64,000 nucleotides of DNA. It comes from Harriotta raleighana (lineage: Eukaryota). A model generated the notes under the pieces. That model made no database searches. It saw only the letters and a program-made list of their open reading frames with translations, and was not told the origin of the DNA. This document shows, in pieces, positions 25,201 to 38,350 of this stretch. The translations under genes and the position numbers were made by a program. The stretch lies in NCBI GenBank assembly GCA_050575255.1, contig JBNZDD010013665.1, forward strand, positions 1,882,016 through 1,946,015. The letters are read 5' to 3'. How positions within the stretch are numbered: the first letter of the stretch is position 1; every line of letters begins with the position of its first letter.

Positions 25201-27967
25201 ACTTTGGAGCTTGACTGTCATGCATGTCTGCTGATGATAGCCAGACTGTGAAGTCTGACTCTCTCATGGTCTAACCACACACTGCATAGATCAGACTGTG
25301 AGGGTAGATAGGGCTCACATTTGTGCATGGGAACAAGGCTGGATGTGCCTACTCATTGCCCACAGGCTCTGGTCAGCAGACTGTGGTGTCAGGCTGTGAA
25401 GTTCTACTTGAATTGACACTGGAATTGTGGTTTGGCTGAAATCCTCCGACTCCCAGCAGCAGAAATTGGGGCTGGGCTCGCCCAGTCACTCACCATCGTC
25501 TCAGGGCAGGAGAGTTGGAGGTTCAAGTGGCCATGTCAAGCACTTTGAACGCACAGTTCTTCTAAATTGACACTGTTAAGATTCTCAATCCGCAACACAG
25601 TGGATTAAGTAATTCCTTTATTCTCAGTTCAAAACAACGCAGGCAGCACTCCTATAAACTCACAATCCTGGGTTTCACTCTCTGTGTCCTTTTACACATC
25701 CTATCTTCCTCTGATTGCCTCCTTCTTAATTGCTGTTGATTTATTAAAAATATTGAAAATAAATCATATAATATATCTTACAGGCACTTCAGTACAGCAG
25801 TTTAGGTGTGGGTGGGGGAGTGCCACTGTCCTTTGGGTGGGTATGTGGCGATGTGTAAAGTCCCCTGTGATCCCACAACTGGTTCTGCCACTCTCTGATA
25901 TCAACAGCAACAACATTTTGGATTTATATAGCGCCCTCCATGTCGAAACGGAGTCTCAGAGCGCTTCCCAATAACGGAAACCCGGGGAGGGAAGAAGGTG
26001 ACCGAAAGCTCCACTGAACAACCTGCGGATTCAGCAACTGGTATTGATATAGCGGGATAGCTTTCCCATCCCACTGTCGTAATGCACCTTTTACACCTGC
26101 AGCTTTATGCTCATTAGATCAACGATTTGAGTATGAATTACACAGTGCATCTGTCAATGTTAATAATTGTCAATGTTTGCAAATGGACAGGTTCCCACTG
26201 TTGCCTGCAGGGGCCACTGTTGTACATTTCTAATGGAAAGTCACAAGTTCCCGGACTGTCTCTCTCTCTCACTCGATCCTCTTCCAGTTACCTCACTGAG
26301 CCGTTTCTTTGACGAGTCCCCGTGTCCTGGCCTCAACCACTCTTCCTGGTAATTAGCTGGCAAATTCCCCTCGGAAGAAGAAATACTTCCTGGTGGCTGT
26401 GCGTCACGAACCTGCTGCCTTAGCAGATTAAGAGTATTTGTTGTTCTCGGTTTATTCCCTTAATCCCATGTCCAGCCCAAACCCGCTGAGATGTCATGAA
26501 ACTGACGCCCATATCATTAACCATGGAGATGGTTCCTCAATGGAGATGAACCAGGGTTGGGTTCCCCAATGGGTCTATTTGTAACATCATTGTGCAGTGT
26601 TGTTCAGAACCAGGCCCCAACACCTCCCCAACCCTGATCTCAGCCAGAGCAACAGGTTATAATTGGGTGCCTGGATTGGTGCTGTGGGTTCAGATGATGT
26701 GTGGTGGGAGTGGGGGGGGGTTTGCTGGGCACTCTATGAGATGGCTCCCAAACCCGCCACTCCCTCACCCACTGCCTCGCCCACTCTGCTGTGTGAGGGT
26801 TGGTCTACGTCTGTGGTGTAAGACAGTACAGGGGATGTACACAGTGAAGGGTGTGGAGATTCATTGTCTCCATTAATGAGTGAGCCCCAACGAGCGTCTG
26901 TGGGTGAGGCAAGGGCGTGGCCCAGACCGTTTCTCTATTTGACACGAGCTGTAAACAGCTAGTCAGTCAAAGGTCACAGTGTAGCTGAGCGATAAACAAC
27001 CAACATTACTCACTCTCAAACTGCTTGTGTGTGCGTGCTTGCGTGCGTGAGTATAGGTGTGTCTATGTATGTGTGTGTGTACCGGTTTGAACGTGAGGGT
27101 TATATAATTACAATTTGTTGTTGTTGATCTCCGCTTATGCAGCTCAGAGCTTGAGATGATGAGTGTGGTTCGTGGTAGGAGATGGGATGGATCGAGGGTG
27201 AATGATGAGCCAGGCCGGACTGGGCTGTGCTGGTGTGAGCTCACACCAGAGATAATGTGAACGAGAATGCAGCTTTCAGCATACATCAGAGCAGTGATAA
27301 CGATCTGTTTCCTGTCCCTGAACTGTCCCTTTCAGCTCAGATAGCTCCACTGCTAAATTATTGATCACCGTGTCCGCGCTTCCCTGCTCCCAAGGGGATC
27401 GGCTACTCTCCACTGCATGCCTGACGCTCCGCCGCCTCACTCCCCACCTGTTTTCAAGGCCAATGGAGTGTAAGATTTCACTGGTTCAAGTCGGTCTCTT
27501 TAAGAAAGGAAAAACTTGCACTTTTTAAAAGCACCTTATACATTGTTCCCCTCCGCCCCCGCGTCTCCAGGCTGTCAAGTGTAGTAACTGTGTAGTTTGG
27601 AGGGAAGCACGCGGCGAAGTCTTGCAAACAGCCATGCGGTATTAGAGCATCACCTTAGACGGTGAGCTCAAAGTCCCTGACGTGGGGCACGAACCCACAA
27701 CTTTCTGACGTGGAGGTGAGTGAGTGAGCGACTCTGCCAAGTTGAGGCAACATCCCTTCACCATCTGAGAAGCGAATGACTTCACTGTGGGTGGTGGGAG
27801 GGAGGGGATTGTCAGTTGGTATCCCTCCTGCTCCCTTGGCAATTGTGTTGTGAGACCTTTAATGTCCGACCCGAACATCCCAACTGTCTAACTCACGGAG
27901 GATCACACAATGAAGATACAAAGACACAAACCCAATGGGTGCTGTGTGGTGGGGGTGGGGAGGGAGG

Positions 27968-27973
27968 TTTATT
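27968..27973 (-). terminator. Probable polyadenylation signal of claudin A
   Basis: AATAAA on the minus strand ~210 nt after the stop, with GT/T-rich sequence nearby. Confidence 0.5.
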
Positions 27974-28183
27974 ATTCATTTGTTTCCAAGCGCTTGGTTG
28001 ATTATTATTATAACACGTTTACATTTGAATATCAAGTGGATGTGAGGTTTCCTGGGTTGGAGTTCGTGGAGAGGAAATTGTGTGGAGCCAGAGCCGCGAG
28101 TGGGAGACCACAGAGGGAGGAGGCCGGAGGGAGTGGAACGGGGAGCAGAGACTGCGAGCGGGAGTGTGGAGCCAAGCGTTCCC

Positions 28184-28852
28184 TCACACGTATTCCCTCA
28201 TGGAGTAGCTGACCACCTGGCTCTTGGTGCGAGCGGAGGCTCTCGCCTCATGGGCTCCCCACCCTGCCACCCCCGGCCCGTGCCCCGCGGGACAGGAACA
28301 GCAGAGGACGGCACCCCCCAGGCCGAGCAGGCAGGCGGAGGTCCAGCCCAGGTACAGGGCCCGGCCTAGCTCCTGCTTGCGGCTGTCCGGCACCAGCGGG
28401 CTGTAGAAATTCACCACCACGGTGTGAGCCACCCAGGACACGGGCAGAAGCACGCACAGCCCGGCCAGGATAAACATCGCCCCGCCCAGCCCCGCCACGT
28501 GACCTTTCACCTTCCGGTCGCCCCCGCCGCAGGTCGTGCACCTCATGCCCATCAGGGTCACGCCGATGCCCAGCAGCCCCACGGCAATGGCGGTGGCGGT
28601 GAGGGCTCGTGCCCAGCGCAGGTCGACCGGCAGGTCCAGCAGAGAGTCGTACACATCACACATCATCCTGGCCGTCATCTCCTGATAAACGCACGTCATC
28701 CAGATCCCCTCCCACACCGCCTCCGTGTTCAGGATGGTCTGGCCGATAAACGGGGTCACCTTCCACTGAGGCATTCCCGTCACCGCGCACGCGCACAACC
28801 AGCCCAGCAGGCTCACCAGGAAGGCCAGCAGCTCACAGCAGGTGTCTGACAT
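28184..28852 (-). CDS. Claudin-3/4-type intronless claudin A (222 aa)
   Basis: Four hydrophobic segments, signature W..WEGIWMTC..C, YDSLLDL, FYSPLVP..KQELG, LCCSCP, C-terminal PDZ motif EYV; GC-rich ORF. Confidence 0.95.
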   Translation of the reverse strand: MSDTCCELLAFLVSLLGWLCACAVTGMPQWKVTPFIGQTILNTEAVWEGIWMTCVYQEMTARMMCDVYDSLLDLPVDLRWARALTATAIAVGLLGIGVTLMGMRCTTCGGGDRKVKGHVAGLGGAMFILAGLCVLLPVSWVAHTVVVNFYSPLVPDSRKQELGRALYLGWTSACLLGLGGAVLCCSCPAGHGPGVAGWGAHEARASARTKSQVVSYSMREYV

Positions 28853-29257
28853 TGCTCGTTCCGCTCCCTGGCTGAATGCTCTGAGGAATGGGGTGCTTCC
28901 CTCTCACTCAGCCTCTCAGTGTCTCTGTCACTGCTGTCCGCGTACGTATGGTGGGGAGGTGGAGGGGCTGCAATGGTCGACAGCAAAACGGAATCCAAGT
29001 CTCGGAAGTCACAGAATGGGTTTCTGGCGGAGAGGGAACGAACGAGCGAGAGAGCCAACGAGTTAGTGAGCGAGCGGACGAGCGAGGCCGCTGAGGTTGA
29101 TTGAGAGATTGGAGACCAGCAATAGAATTATAAGCAAGTATTAGGGTGGCTCCTGTTACAAGGGATGCAGAGAACCTTTCAGCCACGTCACTCACATAAA
29201 AGCTGCATTGATCAGTGGCAGCGATTAGGGCGACTGAAACCGGACTGGAAATTAGAC

Positions 29258-29637
29258 AATAATAATAATAATCCTTGCATTCGATATAGCCCCGTGTCAT
29301 GTTGAAACGTCTCAAAGCACTTCGTGGAATATACTGCAAAGTGAATTGACTGTATATTTGCGGACGTAACGTGGCAGCCAGTTGCGCACAGCAGTGACCC
29401 ACAACAGTCATGGATTGAGCGTTCGAATTGTTTTGTTGTTTTTATTTTCGTCGAGGTATTATTACCCGGAAAGTGATCCAACAATCAATTAACAATAGCC
29501 CCTGTTTACTTACTGCTGAGTAAAATAGAGACATGTGAAGTCAGGAAACTTACCTAAGGTTTTACGTTGACTGGGAATCAAACCTGGATCCTCTAGTTTG
29601 GAAGGCGATCGCACTAACTACTATGCTACGGGACTCC
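29258..29637 (-). mobile_element. tRNA/Deu SINE, subfamily B, full length
   Basis: (AAT)n tail, Deu core, TTACTTACTGCTGAGTAAA segment, head ending GGGACTCC. Confidence 0.85.
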
Positions 29638-31115
29638 ACAAAGATCTCACAGTAAACAACTCTGGGAGGAGATCAAAGGAACCAGTCGTGATGGGGTTAA
29701 TATCAATGGATGGTGTCTGTCTCCGCAGCCGTGTAACGGAATCTAGCAGCCAATGCAACAGAATTCCGCCCACTCTCAACCTTCATACCGATTTTGCCAT
29801 AACAAGAGAATAAGAATTTTCATCAACTGTCCTGCAGACTAGGTGGAATTGTAGAGTATTTCCTCCTCTCATCCCCCTCTACCCCGTACCATCTGCACAC
29901 AACTTCACTGACCTTTGATGGGCACAACCTGCCTGTTCCCCCCTCACCACCCCCACACCCCACCACCCCCCCCTCCCCGGAGAACCACCTGGAGGGAACC
30001 TGACACCCGGTGACTTCCCCTCCTGTCCTTTCACTTATCCGCTCAGGTGGAAAGTGGAGCTGATGTTGCTGAGTTAATTAGTTGGACAGCTTTCTGTCTG
30101 CGTACACAATGGTGGTGGGGAGGATGGGGGGGGAATTTGTGGTGATTCTTAATGGGTTTCTTAATCAAGAAATCTGTACGTGTCACCCACTCCAGTGTTG
30201 GAGTGAAGTGGGATTGGGGAGGGAATGGGGTATGCGCGGTGTAGGTCACCGATGAGATCCTGAATCTGCGCTCAGCAGCATTCCAATAATACCCAATATG
30301 AAGGTCGCTATATAAACAACAACAACAAAATTATATTTATAGAGTGGCTTTCATGTCCGTAGGATGTCCCAAAATGCTGATCAGTCATATGTAAGGACCT
30401 GAGGGGGGCCTGGGTTGATGAGGGAGAGGAGAGAGGTAGGATGGTGGCTGAAAGCACAGTTGAAAAGGAAGGTCTTGAGACTGGCCTTGAAGTTGGTAGG
30501 GGTTCAGCAAGCCAGAGAGGTAGGAGGGAGCAAGACTGTGGAGGGAATTGAAATACAAGTTGTTGTTGATGTGTCTATCACACATGGAAATCTGTCCTTA
30601 TACTTAAAAGTATCTAAACCAGATGATTGAGAATTCCATTTCAATATATTTTACTGTATCTGTTCAATATGTCAGGTGCTTCAGACTAATGCTGGATGTT
30701 GTGAGATGTCTGAGCTCAGAGTCTCTCGGATTCTCACCACTCAATCATTCGCTCGCTCACTCGCTCTCTGGGTTATATGGAGACTGAGCTGGGGTCAGAT
30801 TTCCTTCTCATCCTGGTCAGGTTCTGAGTTGGAAAACATTTCATAATCTTCAGACCCTGGAATTGGGAGAAAGATTGAGACAACCTCATTGTGCGCTCAC
30901 TGACAACAAATTCTCAAGAGCTTCTCAACTTCTCAGCTCACACTCGGGGAAGCTGGGGGGAGGGGGTATTGGGGGCGAGTAGGGCCAGACATGGGTGGAG
31001 GGTCACACATATGGGATGGGGGTGTTGGTCACACATGCGGTGGGCCGGATGGGACATGTGCAAGGGCCACACACGAGGGTCACATGTGGGGAGGGGGGGC
31101 AAAGAGCTGCTTCTG

Positions 31116-31760
31116 TTACCTGTTTGCGGAGATGGCCAGTGGGGTGCGGGCGGGAGGGTAGCTGTAGTTCAGCCGCTTTCTCTGCTGTGGCTGATGTGGT
31201 GGGCAGGAGCAGCACAGCATGCCCCCCCCGAACACCAGCAGGCAGGATGCCCCCCAGCCCAGGAACACTGCGTCTCCCAGCTGTGCCTTCAAGCTGTGGG
31301 GTACCAGCGGATTGTAGTAGTCACTCACAATGTTGCTGGCAATCCAGGAGGCAGGAACCAGCACGCAGACTCCGGACAGGATAAACAGGCAGCCGGCGAC
31401 CACAGCCAGACTGGCCTTGAAGCTCTCCTCACTGCGGGCAAAGCGGGTACATTTCATACCCGCGCTGGCGAATGCGATGCCCAGCACTCCCAGGGTCACG
31501 GACACGCACAGCAGGACTCGGGCAGCTTGCAGGTCGCTGGGCAGCCCCAATAGAGAGTCGTAAACGTGACAGTGCAGTAGCCCCCCGCTGTCGTTCACAC
31601 AACTCATCCAGATCCCGTCCCAGCCCTCCGCCACCGTCAGCACGGTCACCCCATCGACCATGCGCACTTTCCACTGTGGGATCGCCGTGGCCACGCATCC
31701 CATCAGCCACCCGACCATCCCGGTCAGACAACCCAGCATCTGGAGACCTGTGCTGGCCAT
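31116..31760 (-). CDS. Claudin-3/4-type intronless claudin B (214 aa from ATG at 31760)
   Basis: MASTGLQMLG start, PQWKV, WDGIWMSC..C, YDSLLGLPSDLQAAR, YYNPLVP, LCCSCPP; lacks terminal YV. The 17 upstream codons of the ORF track are probably 5'UTR. Confidence 0.93.
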   Translation of the reverse strand: MASTGLQMLGCLTGMVGWLMGCVATAIPQWKVRMVDGVTVLTVAEGWDGIWMSCVNDSGGLLHCHVYDSLLGLPSDLQAARVLLCVSVTLGVLGIAFASAGMKCTRFARSEESFKASLAVVAGCLFILSGVCVLVPASWIASNIVSDYYNPLVPHSLKAQLGDAVFLGWGASCLLVFGGGMLCCSCPPHQPQQRKRLNYSYPPARTPLAISANR

Positions 31761-33249
31761 CTCCGTCTCGGCTCCACTCCACTCGCTCACTCGCTCGCTC
31801 GATCCCTCCACCGAGGAGAGATGCTTTCAAATGGCTCATCTGGCGGTGAGTACACTGCAATATAACACCCATAGCAGAGAGCACAGGAGGGAGGGAGAGG
31901 GAGAGGGAGGGAGGAGGAGACGGGAGGTAAGCAAAGGAGAGGGAGCGAGCTCTAATGTCATTACTGTACTAAGTAATGATTGATACCAAAGGATGAGGGG
32001 TGATTGGTATTAGCTGGAAAGTTAGATCCGTTGTTTTTGAACTGAAACAGAGAACACTATGGCAACAACTTTCATTTACATAATGAATGCTTTTCAGGTC
32101 GAGAGGACGTCCCAAAGCACTGGACAATAGGAGGTTTGTTTGTACCTGAGCTGCCGATTAGGATCAGAGAGTGGTGGAAGCGGCAAGGTTGTGGGTGGTG
32201 GGGGGTTTGCAGCGTGGGGAAGATGACTGAAGGTTTGGTCAAAAAGGAAGGTCTTGAGTTGGGCCTTGGAGGGAGGTGAGGGAGGAGGTGAGGCAGAGGC
32301 ATGTTATCTGCAACTGAGCGGGACTGTATCAATTTCTGCTTTGCACAAAGACCTTAAGAATGGTACTGGATTTCCTGATGTCAATAAAGCAAAAGTTTTA
32401 CAGTTGAATCAGGACTCGCCTGGTGAGTGAGGAGCACCATCTAGCGGCACAGGTAAGCATTACTTTCACTCCGTGTCCTCTGTGTCCATCATGACATGTG
32501 AGTGCTCAGTTCAGGCAGCGCCTTACACCTGTCACTCCCCCTGACCGTGACTACTTTACTCTGCTAGGCATCAGATAACTCCTGTTAACTGACACGTGGT
32601 ATATGTTTTATATGTACAGTACCTTGTTTGCTGCTGATATGATTAGTATTATTAGCATTCTTATTATTATTACAGTATATTGGCGTCCAGTTTATTTGGT
32701 TCAACCACAGTTAAAAGTAACACTTGATTCTCTCTGACTCCTGCTCTTACGCAAACACCTGCATAAAGACGCTAACCTATGTGGAGGTGCTATATAAGTG
32801 CAAATTGTTCTTGGCTCCTCTTCATTCTAGTCTATATTGAACAGCGTTTATCTCAACCTCTAATCGTGGCTGCATGCTACTTTCAGCTCGAGTTTTATAA
32901 TTAGTCGGAGCCATACTCCCACACTGGTTACTTATCTGCACTTCATAATAAGTTCAGGGAATGATGACTAATGTGTGACAATGGTCTGGCAGCCCCTTGT
33001 TTAACTGCCTCAAACTGTTGTCATGTTTCAGATAGATATTTCTACACAGAAAATCCACCTCTTACCTCCTACGGCGTTTTGGAGAGTTCTAAATACACGG
33101 TAAGATTCGGGGATAAGAATAAAGGCCTCAGGATTCTACATATAAATTAAGCATCAGTAATGTACTTGATTATAGGGGAGTGAGTGGGGAGGGAGGAGAT
33201 GGTGGGACAGCAACCAGAATTCAAATTGACTGAGGACACACAGAGAGCT

Positions 33250-33435
33250 GTAGGGAGTGCAGCGCAGGTTCACCAGGATGTTACCAGGCCTAAAAGGGGT
33301 TAAGTTACGAGGAAAGGCTGCGTAAACTTGGATTGTATTCCCTTGGGTTTAGCAGGATTTGAAAGGATTGCGTTACAGATCAGTCGTGATCTAATCAAAT
33401 AGCGGAACAGGCTTGAACGGCCTACTCCTCTTCCC
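33250..33435 (+). mobile_element. CR1 LINE fragment
   Basis: VQRRFTRMLPGL..SYEERL remnant and a CR1-type 3' UTR piece GGCCTACTCCT. Confidence 0.7.
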
Positions 33436-36400
33436 ATCATGGTGGGCAGGCAGACAGTGGGGGAATCAACTAAGGGGCAGATTGTGCCAGCAGTTTCACA
33501 GGAGATTTGATCTGAGATTTAATGAAGAGATGGGGAATGAGTGGAAGGAGAGATTGAGAGTAAAGGAATATTATTGGTTTAGTTAGTGAGTTAGTGAGTT
33601 AGTTCGTTAGAACGCTGTTGTTGGATTCCTCTCGGGGACCTTGTGTAAATAGCGGAGACGGCAGACCTGAATGAGAAACGGAGGTTTGATCAATATTCCG
33701 GTGACTGATTCAAACAAAGGGTTAAAGGTAAAGTCGGCCAGGTGGAGTGAGGAGGCAAATATGATACTGAATCAAATCCACCTTTGGCCCAGATTACGGT
33801 AGCTTTGGAATGACCTGGGTCTCGTTTCACCCAGTGACTGTTGTTAAACAGGTTGATGACTTCACCTACTTACCTTGATAGGATCACCTCCAACTATTTC
33901 CATTGGACAGAAAGGCCTCCTGCTCCCTGCTCACACACAGACACAATACGCCTTGTGCAATAAGGAAATGAGTCACAGCCTGCAATAAGAAGCTCAGAGA
34001 AGGAGTTATATTCTAAACAAAAACATATCAACAATGATCTAATCGATTTGCTATGCCAGTGAGATTTCACTGGGTCAAAGGTTTCTATCTCTAATCCCTG
34101 ATGTCTCTGATCTAGGAGTCCGGGACAAATAGTGTAGATTTTCTTATTATTGTTTTTCTCATTATTATCAGGTGTGTGGAGTAAGGAAACTTGTTCAAGG
34201 TTTTGCCCTGCCTAGAATTGAACCCAGGTCTCTCTCACTTGTAAGGCGAGGGCTCTAACCACTGAGCTCCAGGACTCCATGTTCCTTGTAGAGTGTGACC
34301 TCATTGAATTTTGGATCAAACAGGCCATCCAATACTCATTTGGTCGGATTGAGAATCCATCAGTAAAACTCCCATCGCCCATGAGCCTTCTGTTTGCCAG
34401 AGCGAACGTTCATGCCAGGCTGTGTGTACACAGATGAGTTAGCGAAATGGGGGCGGGAGGCAGGTTGCATTAACACTTGTGGTGGGGGCAAGAGCTTTCT
34501 CTCTATAGTGACTGAGTGATTCACTGTTGATATTGTTTTTAAAAATGTCAGAAATGTAATTTCTTAATTGCTTCGGAATCCGCCCGAGAGATATTTGGTT
34601 AAACTTCCCTGAATGTTTTGTGTGTGAGCAGTAAAGGAGGGACGACTGGTTACTCCCTTTCTAGCATTCTGTACAGACAGCTGAGAGAAGCCTTATCAAT
34701 TGTGTATGTCTGACCTGGTGCTCGCTTCCCCCACTGCAACTCTCTTCTCCCACCCCATTCCCCCCATCGTGACTGTGACGTCCTCCTGATATGACAGGTG
34801 CTCTGGAAATATAATTTTGTTGTTGTTGTTGTTGTGATGGTGCATGCTCCCCACTGGAGATCTCTATTCTAATCCCATTCTTCATGTTATTAGGATTTGC
34901 GTGATTGCAGGATTTGTTATTATGATTTGTGTACAAACTACACACACCTGTGAAGCAGTTTGAGGTAGTTGACCAAAACATGCTGTGCGCAATTTAGCTG
35001 CTGCGTTTCGTCCACAAATATACAGTCAATTTTCCTACTTTCCTTCCCCCGACCCCTCCACCCCCCCGCTCTGATCCCTACTTGATTGTTCAGTGCCTTT
35101 GGACATCCTCCCGAAGTGAAAGGTGCCATGTAAATGTAATTTTGATTGATTGATTGATGAGGCACTATAGCCAAACAAAGGATTATTACCACGAATAATA
35201 ATGTTGCAAATTATGTCTCACGTAATAATAATCCATAATAATAATAATCAATGGGGAGGGAGGAGATGTACATGGAGAGAAATCAACTGATGACTGAATA
35301 GTAGTTAGTGTGATTGTTGATGTGACTCACAGCCTATTAAACTGAAACTCCATCCATTCCATATTTGCTACCTGACCGACGTCAGATACCTGAGTAGTGA
35401 ATAGCAAACAAGATGTTAACCCATCTTGGCTTTTAAGTCCCCCAAAATAGATAGCGTGCTCAGTAGGGGTGAGAGGTGTGAAAGGCGAGTGTGGGAGGCA
35501 TGGGTCAGAGAAGGCCTGATATTTGGCCTACAGTGTGTTTGGTAGTGAGTTATCGAGGGGAATTACTGAGCATTTCACATTTATTGTGGTAACAAATACC
35601 TTAACATGTCCTGAGTGAGTGGAAAGTGTGTTGCAGGCTGAGCCTCTAGATTACCACATTTTCACAATCCCATCAGTGTTGGAAATACCCGTCTCTTTCC
35701 AGTCACATCACATTGCAATTGGTATTTTACAGCCTCAAAGTCAGTGATCGGAGTTGCGTAAGGCATTATCTAATTCTCCCCAGCATTTTTAAAAGTCCGT
35801 GAATTTTCTCTCAGGGTGAGATGCAATGCAATACAAGATTGATATCTATGTAGCGTCTTTTTACGTGGGGAGAATGCCTCACATTGGCGTGTCAGGGTGA
35901 AAGTTCACTGTACTAACTATGAGCTGATGTTAATATGGCTATTTGACCTTGCCAAATATGACTTATTTGCCCCTTTGCCACCGAAATTCACTAAAAAAAA
36001 ACTGATAGAGAATTCCACCCACTGGAAACTGAACAGGAGATGTCTCAATCTCTCGCCCATGAGTGCTCTGACTGTTGACTCCTACAACGGTGGAAAGATG
36101 AGGGGGCAACTGTTCGGCTATTGACCAAAACGCACGAGTAACAGTAACTGGGGTGGGGGTTGTGGGGGCGGGGGGGTGGGGTAATAGGGGAGAGAAAAGT
36201 AGGAGGGGGAGCAGAGGTGGGGAGAGCAAGGGAAGTGTGGAAGGTTTGAGACGCTCCACGTGGAACCTTTATGTGAGCCAAAACTGAGACGTCAGTCAGT
36301 GCGGTATAATCATGTAACAATCCTTTCATTTGATACAGAGCCTGTCATTGAGATGTCTCAAAGCGCTTCGCAGAATATACTGTCAAGTGAATTGACTGCA

Positions 36401-36496
36401 TTTTGTGCATGAAACACCCCAGCCAATTGCGCACAATTGTGTCCCACAAACAGTCGTGGATTGAGTGTCGAAGTTTCTATTTATTTGAGGGAAAGT

Positions 36497-36790
36497 GGAG
36501 CTCCTGTAGGTTAGAGCACTTGCCTTATAAGCATGAGACCTGTGTTCGAATCCAAGTAGATCAGGGCGAAAACTTGGGCAAGTTTCCTTACTCCACATGC
36601 CCAATAATAATCCATCCGAAAAAAAACAAATAATAAAAATTGGTGATTTCAAACCACAGCTGTTGCAATTGGCTGCTGTGTTTCGCCCACAAATATACAG
36701 TCAACTTTACAGTATATTCTGTGAAGCGCTTTGAGTAGTCGATAAGTTGTGAAAAGCACTATATCAAAATGCAAGTATTATTATTATTAT
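36497..36790 (+). mobile_element. tRNA/Deu SINE, subfamily A (flanked by inverted SINE fragments)
   Basis: Head, GGGCGAAAACTTGGGCAAGTTTCC body, (ATT)n tail. Confidence 0.82.
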
Positions 36791-37770
36791 AAAGTGATCT
36801 GCTAAATCGGTTAACAAACAGGTTATTACTAACTGCTGGGTTAGATGCATGTGGAGTAAGGAAATTTGCCTAAAGTTTTGCCCTACCCTGGAATCGAACC
36901 GGGTTATCTTGCTTGCGAAGTGAGCTCGCAAAACCAATACACTACAGGACTCAGATGTTTCCATTTGGAAACATCGGCAGGTAGCAATCAAGCATTTTCT
37001 GTTCCAGCAGCATGTCATAACATGCAACAAAACATTGAGATAGGCGGACAGACTGTGTGTTCCTCCTAGGACCTTTTATAATGTCACCCAGGTGGGTGTC
37101 GGCTTTTTAAGAGTCTCTGATCCGGACTGAGACGTCTATTAATGCCACCTACATATGGAAATTCCCATGTCTGGAATACAATGCACATCTTCTCCGACTA
37201 AGGGAGGCATTCTGTTTACGTAATTCTGGAAAAAGTTAGGCACTAGTTTCGCAAGAGCCAAGTCTTAAGATCTCCAGAGTGTACAGTGTGAGACAGCTGG
37301 AGTTGAACAACACCAATAAAAATAGCAACTTGGATTGATATAGTGCCCTTCACTAGGGGCTACGTCTAGGAGTTCTGTAAGCAGCTACAACCGCAATGTT
37401 TAAAGATTCCTACTAGTACTTCTGAGCTGCCGCCTGTATTCCTTGGAATTCCAATGCATGGGAAAAAAGGCTGTTTCCTCACAGGAACTGTGATCTGGGA
37501 GAGAGATTCATTAAAACGGTCCCAACCCATTTCCTCGAGTCAACCCATGATGACAGGATCTCCTTGATGTGAGGCCATGCTGTGAGGAGAGCGTCACATT
37601 GTCAACTCTAAGCCGCAATGTCACGACTTCAGCACGCTCACAACAAATGCTGTATGAAAGAGTACGTTTTTTTTAACTGTTACTGTTTGTGGAATACTGC
37701 TGTGCGGAATTGGCTGCCGTGTTTTATTTGCCACAAAATAGACAGTGATGATTCACTTTATAATACGACC

Positions 37771-38005
37771 AGAAAAATAAGACACTGCAGATGCTGGAAA
37801 TCTGAAAGAAAAAATGTGATCGCGGCGACCACTCAGCAGGTCAGACAGCATCTATGGAGAAAGGAAAGTGAGTCAACGTTTCGGGTCCTCAACCGTTTGT
37901 CAGAACTCAAGAAAGGTCATGGACCCAAAATGTTGACTCACTTCCCGTTCTCCATAGATGTTGCCGGACCTGCTGAGTGTTCCCAGTGATTCCTGTTTTT
38001 GTTTG
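37771..38005. mobile_element. Second palindromic Penelope-like pLTR remnant
   Basis: Same arms as 19421-19650, centred near 37903; minus arm reads CTGACAAACGGTTGAGGACCCGAAACGTTGACTC. Confidence 0.65.
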
Positions 38006-38027
38006 ACGTTAGCATTTAAACTGGTGT

Positions 38028-38350
38028 GGAGTCATGTAGCTCAGTGGTTAGAACACTTGCCTTACAAGCCTGAGACCTGAGTTCGATCCTGGCAGGTCAG
38101 GGCGAAACCTGGGATAACTTTCCTTAGAACACACACGCGCCTAATAATAATCCCTCAAAGACGAAAACAATAATAAAATTGGTCATTTCAATCCACAATT
38201 GTTTGTGGGGACGCTGCTATGCGCAATTGCTGCTGCGTTTCATCCACAAAAATACAGTCAATTCACTTTACAGCATATTCTGTGAAGCGCTTTGAGACTT
38301 CTAAAAGACCTGAAAAGCGCTATATTAAATGCAAGGATAATTATTACTAA
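38028..38350 (+). mobile_element. tRNA/Deu SINE, subfamily A, full length
   Basis: GGAGTCATGTAGCTCAGTGGTTAGAACAC head to GCAAGGATAATTATT tail. Confidence 0.88.

Noticed and set aside
28424-28849. Antisense ORFs over the claudins (also 30891-31553, 31472-31849)
   Set aside because: Shadow ORFs of GC-rich coding sequence.
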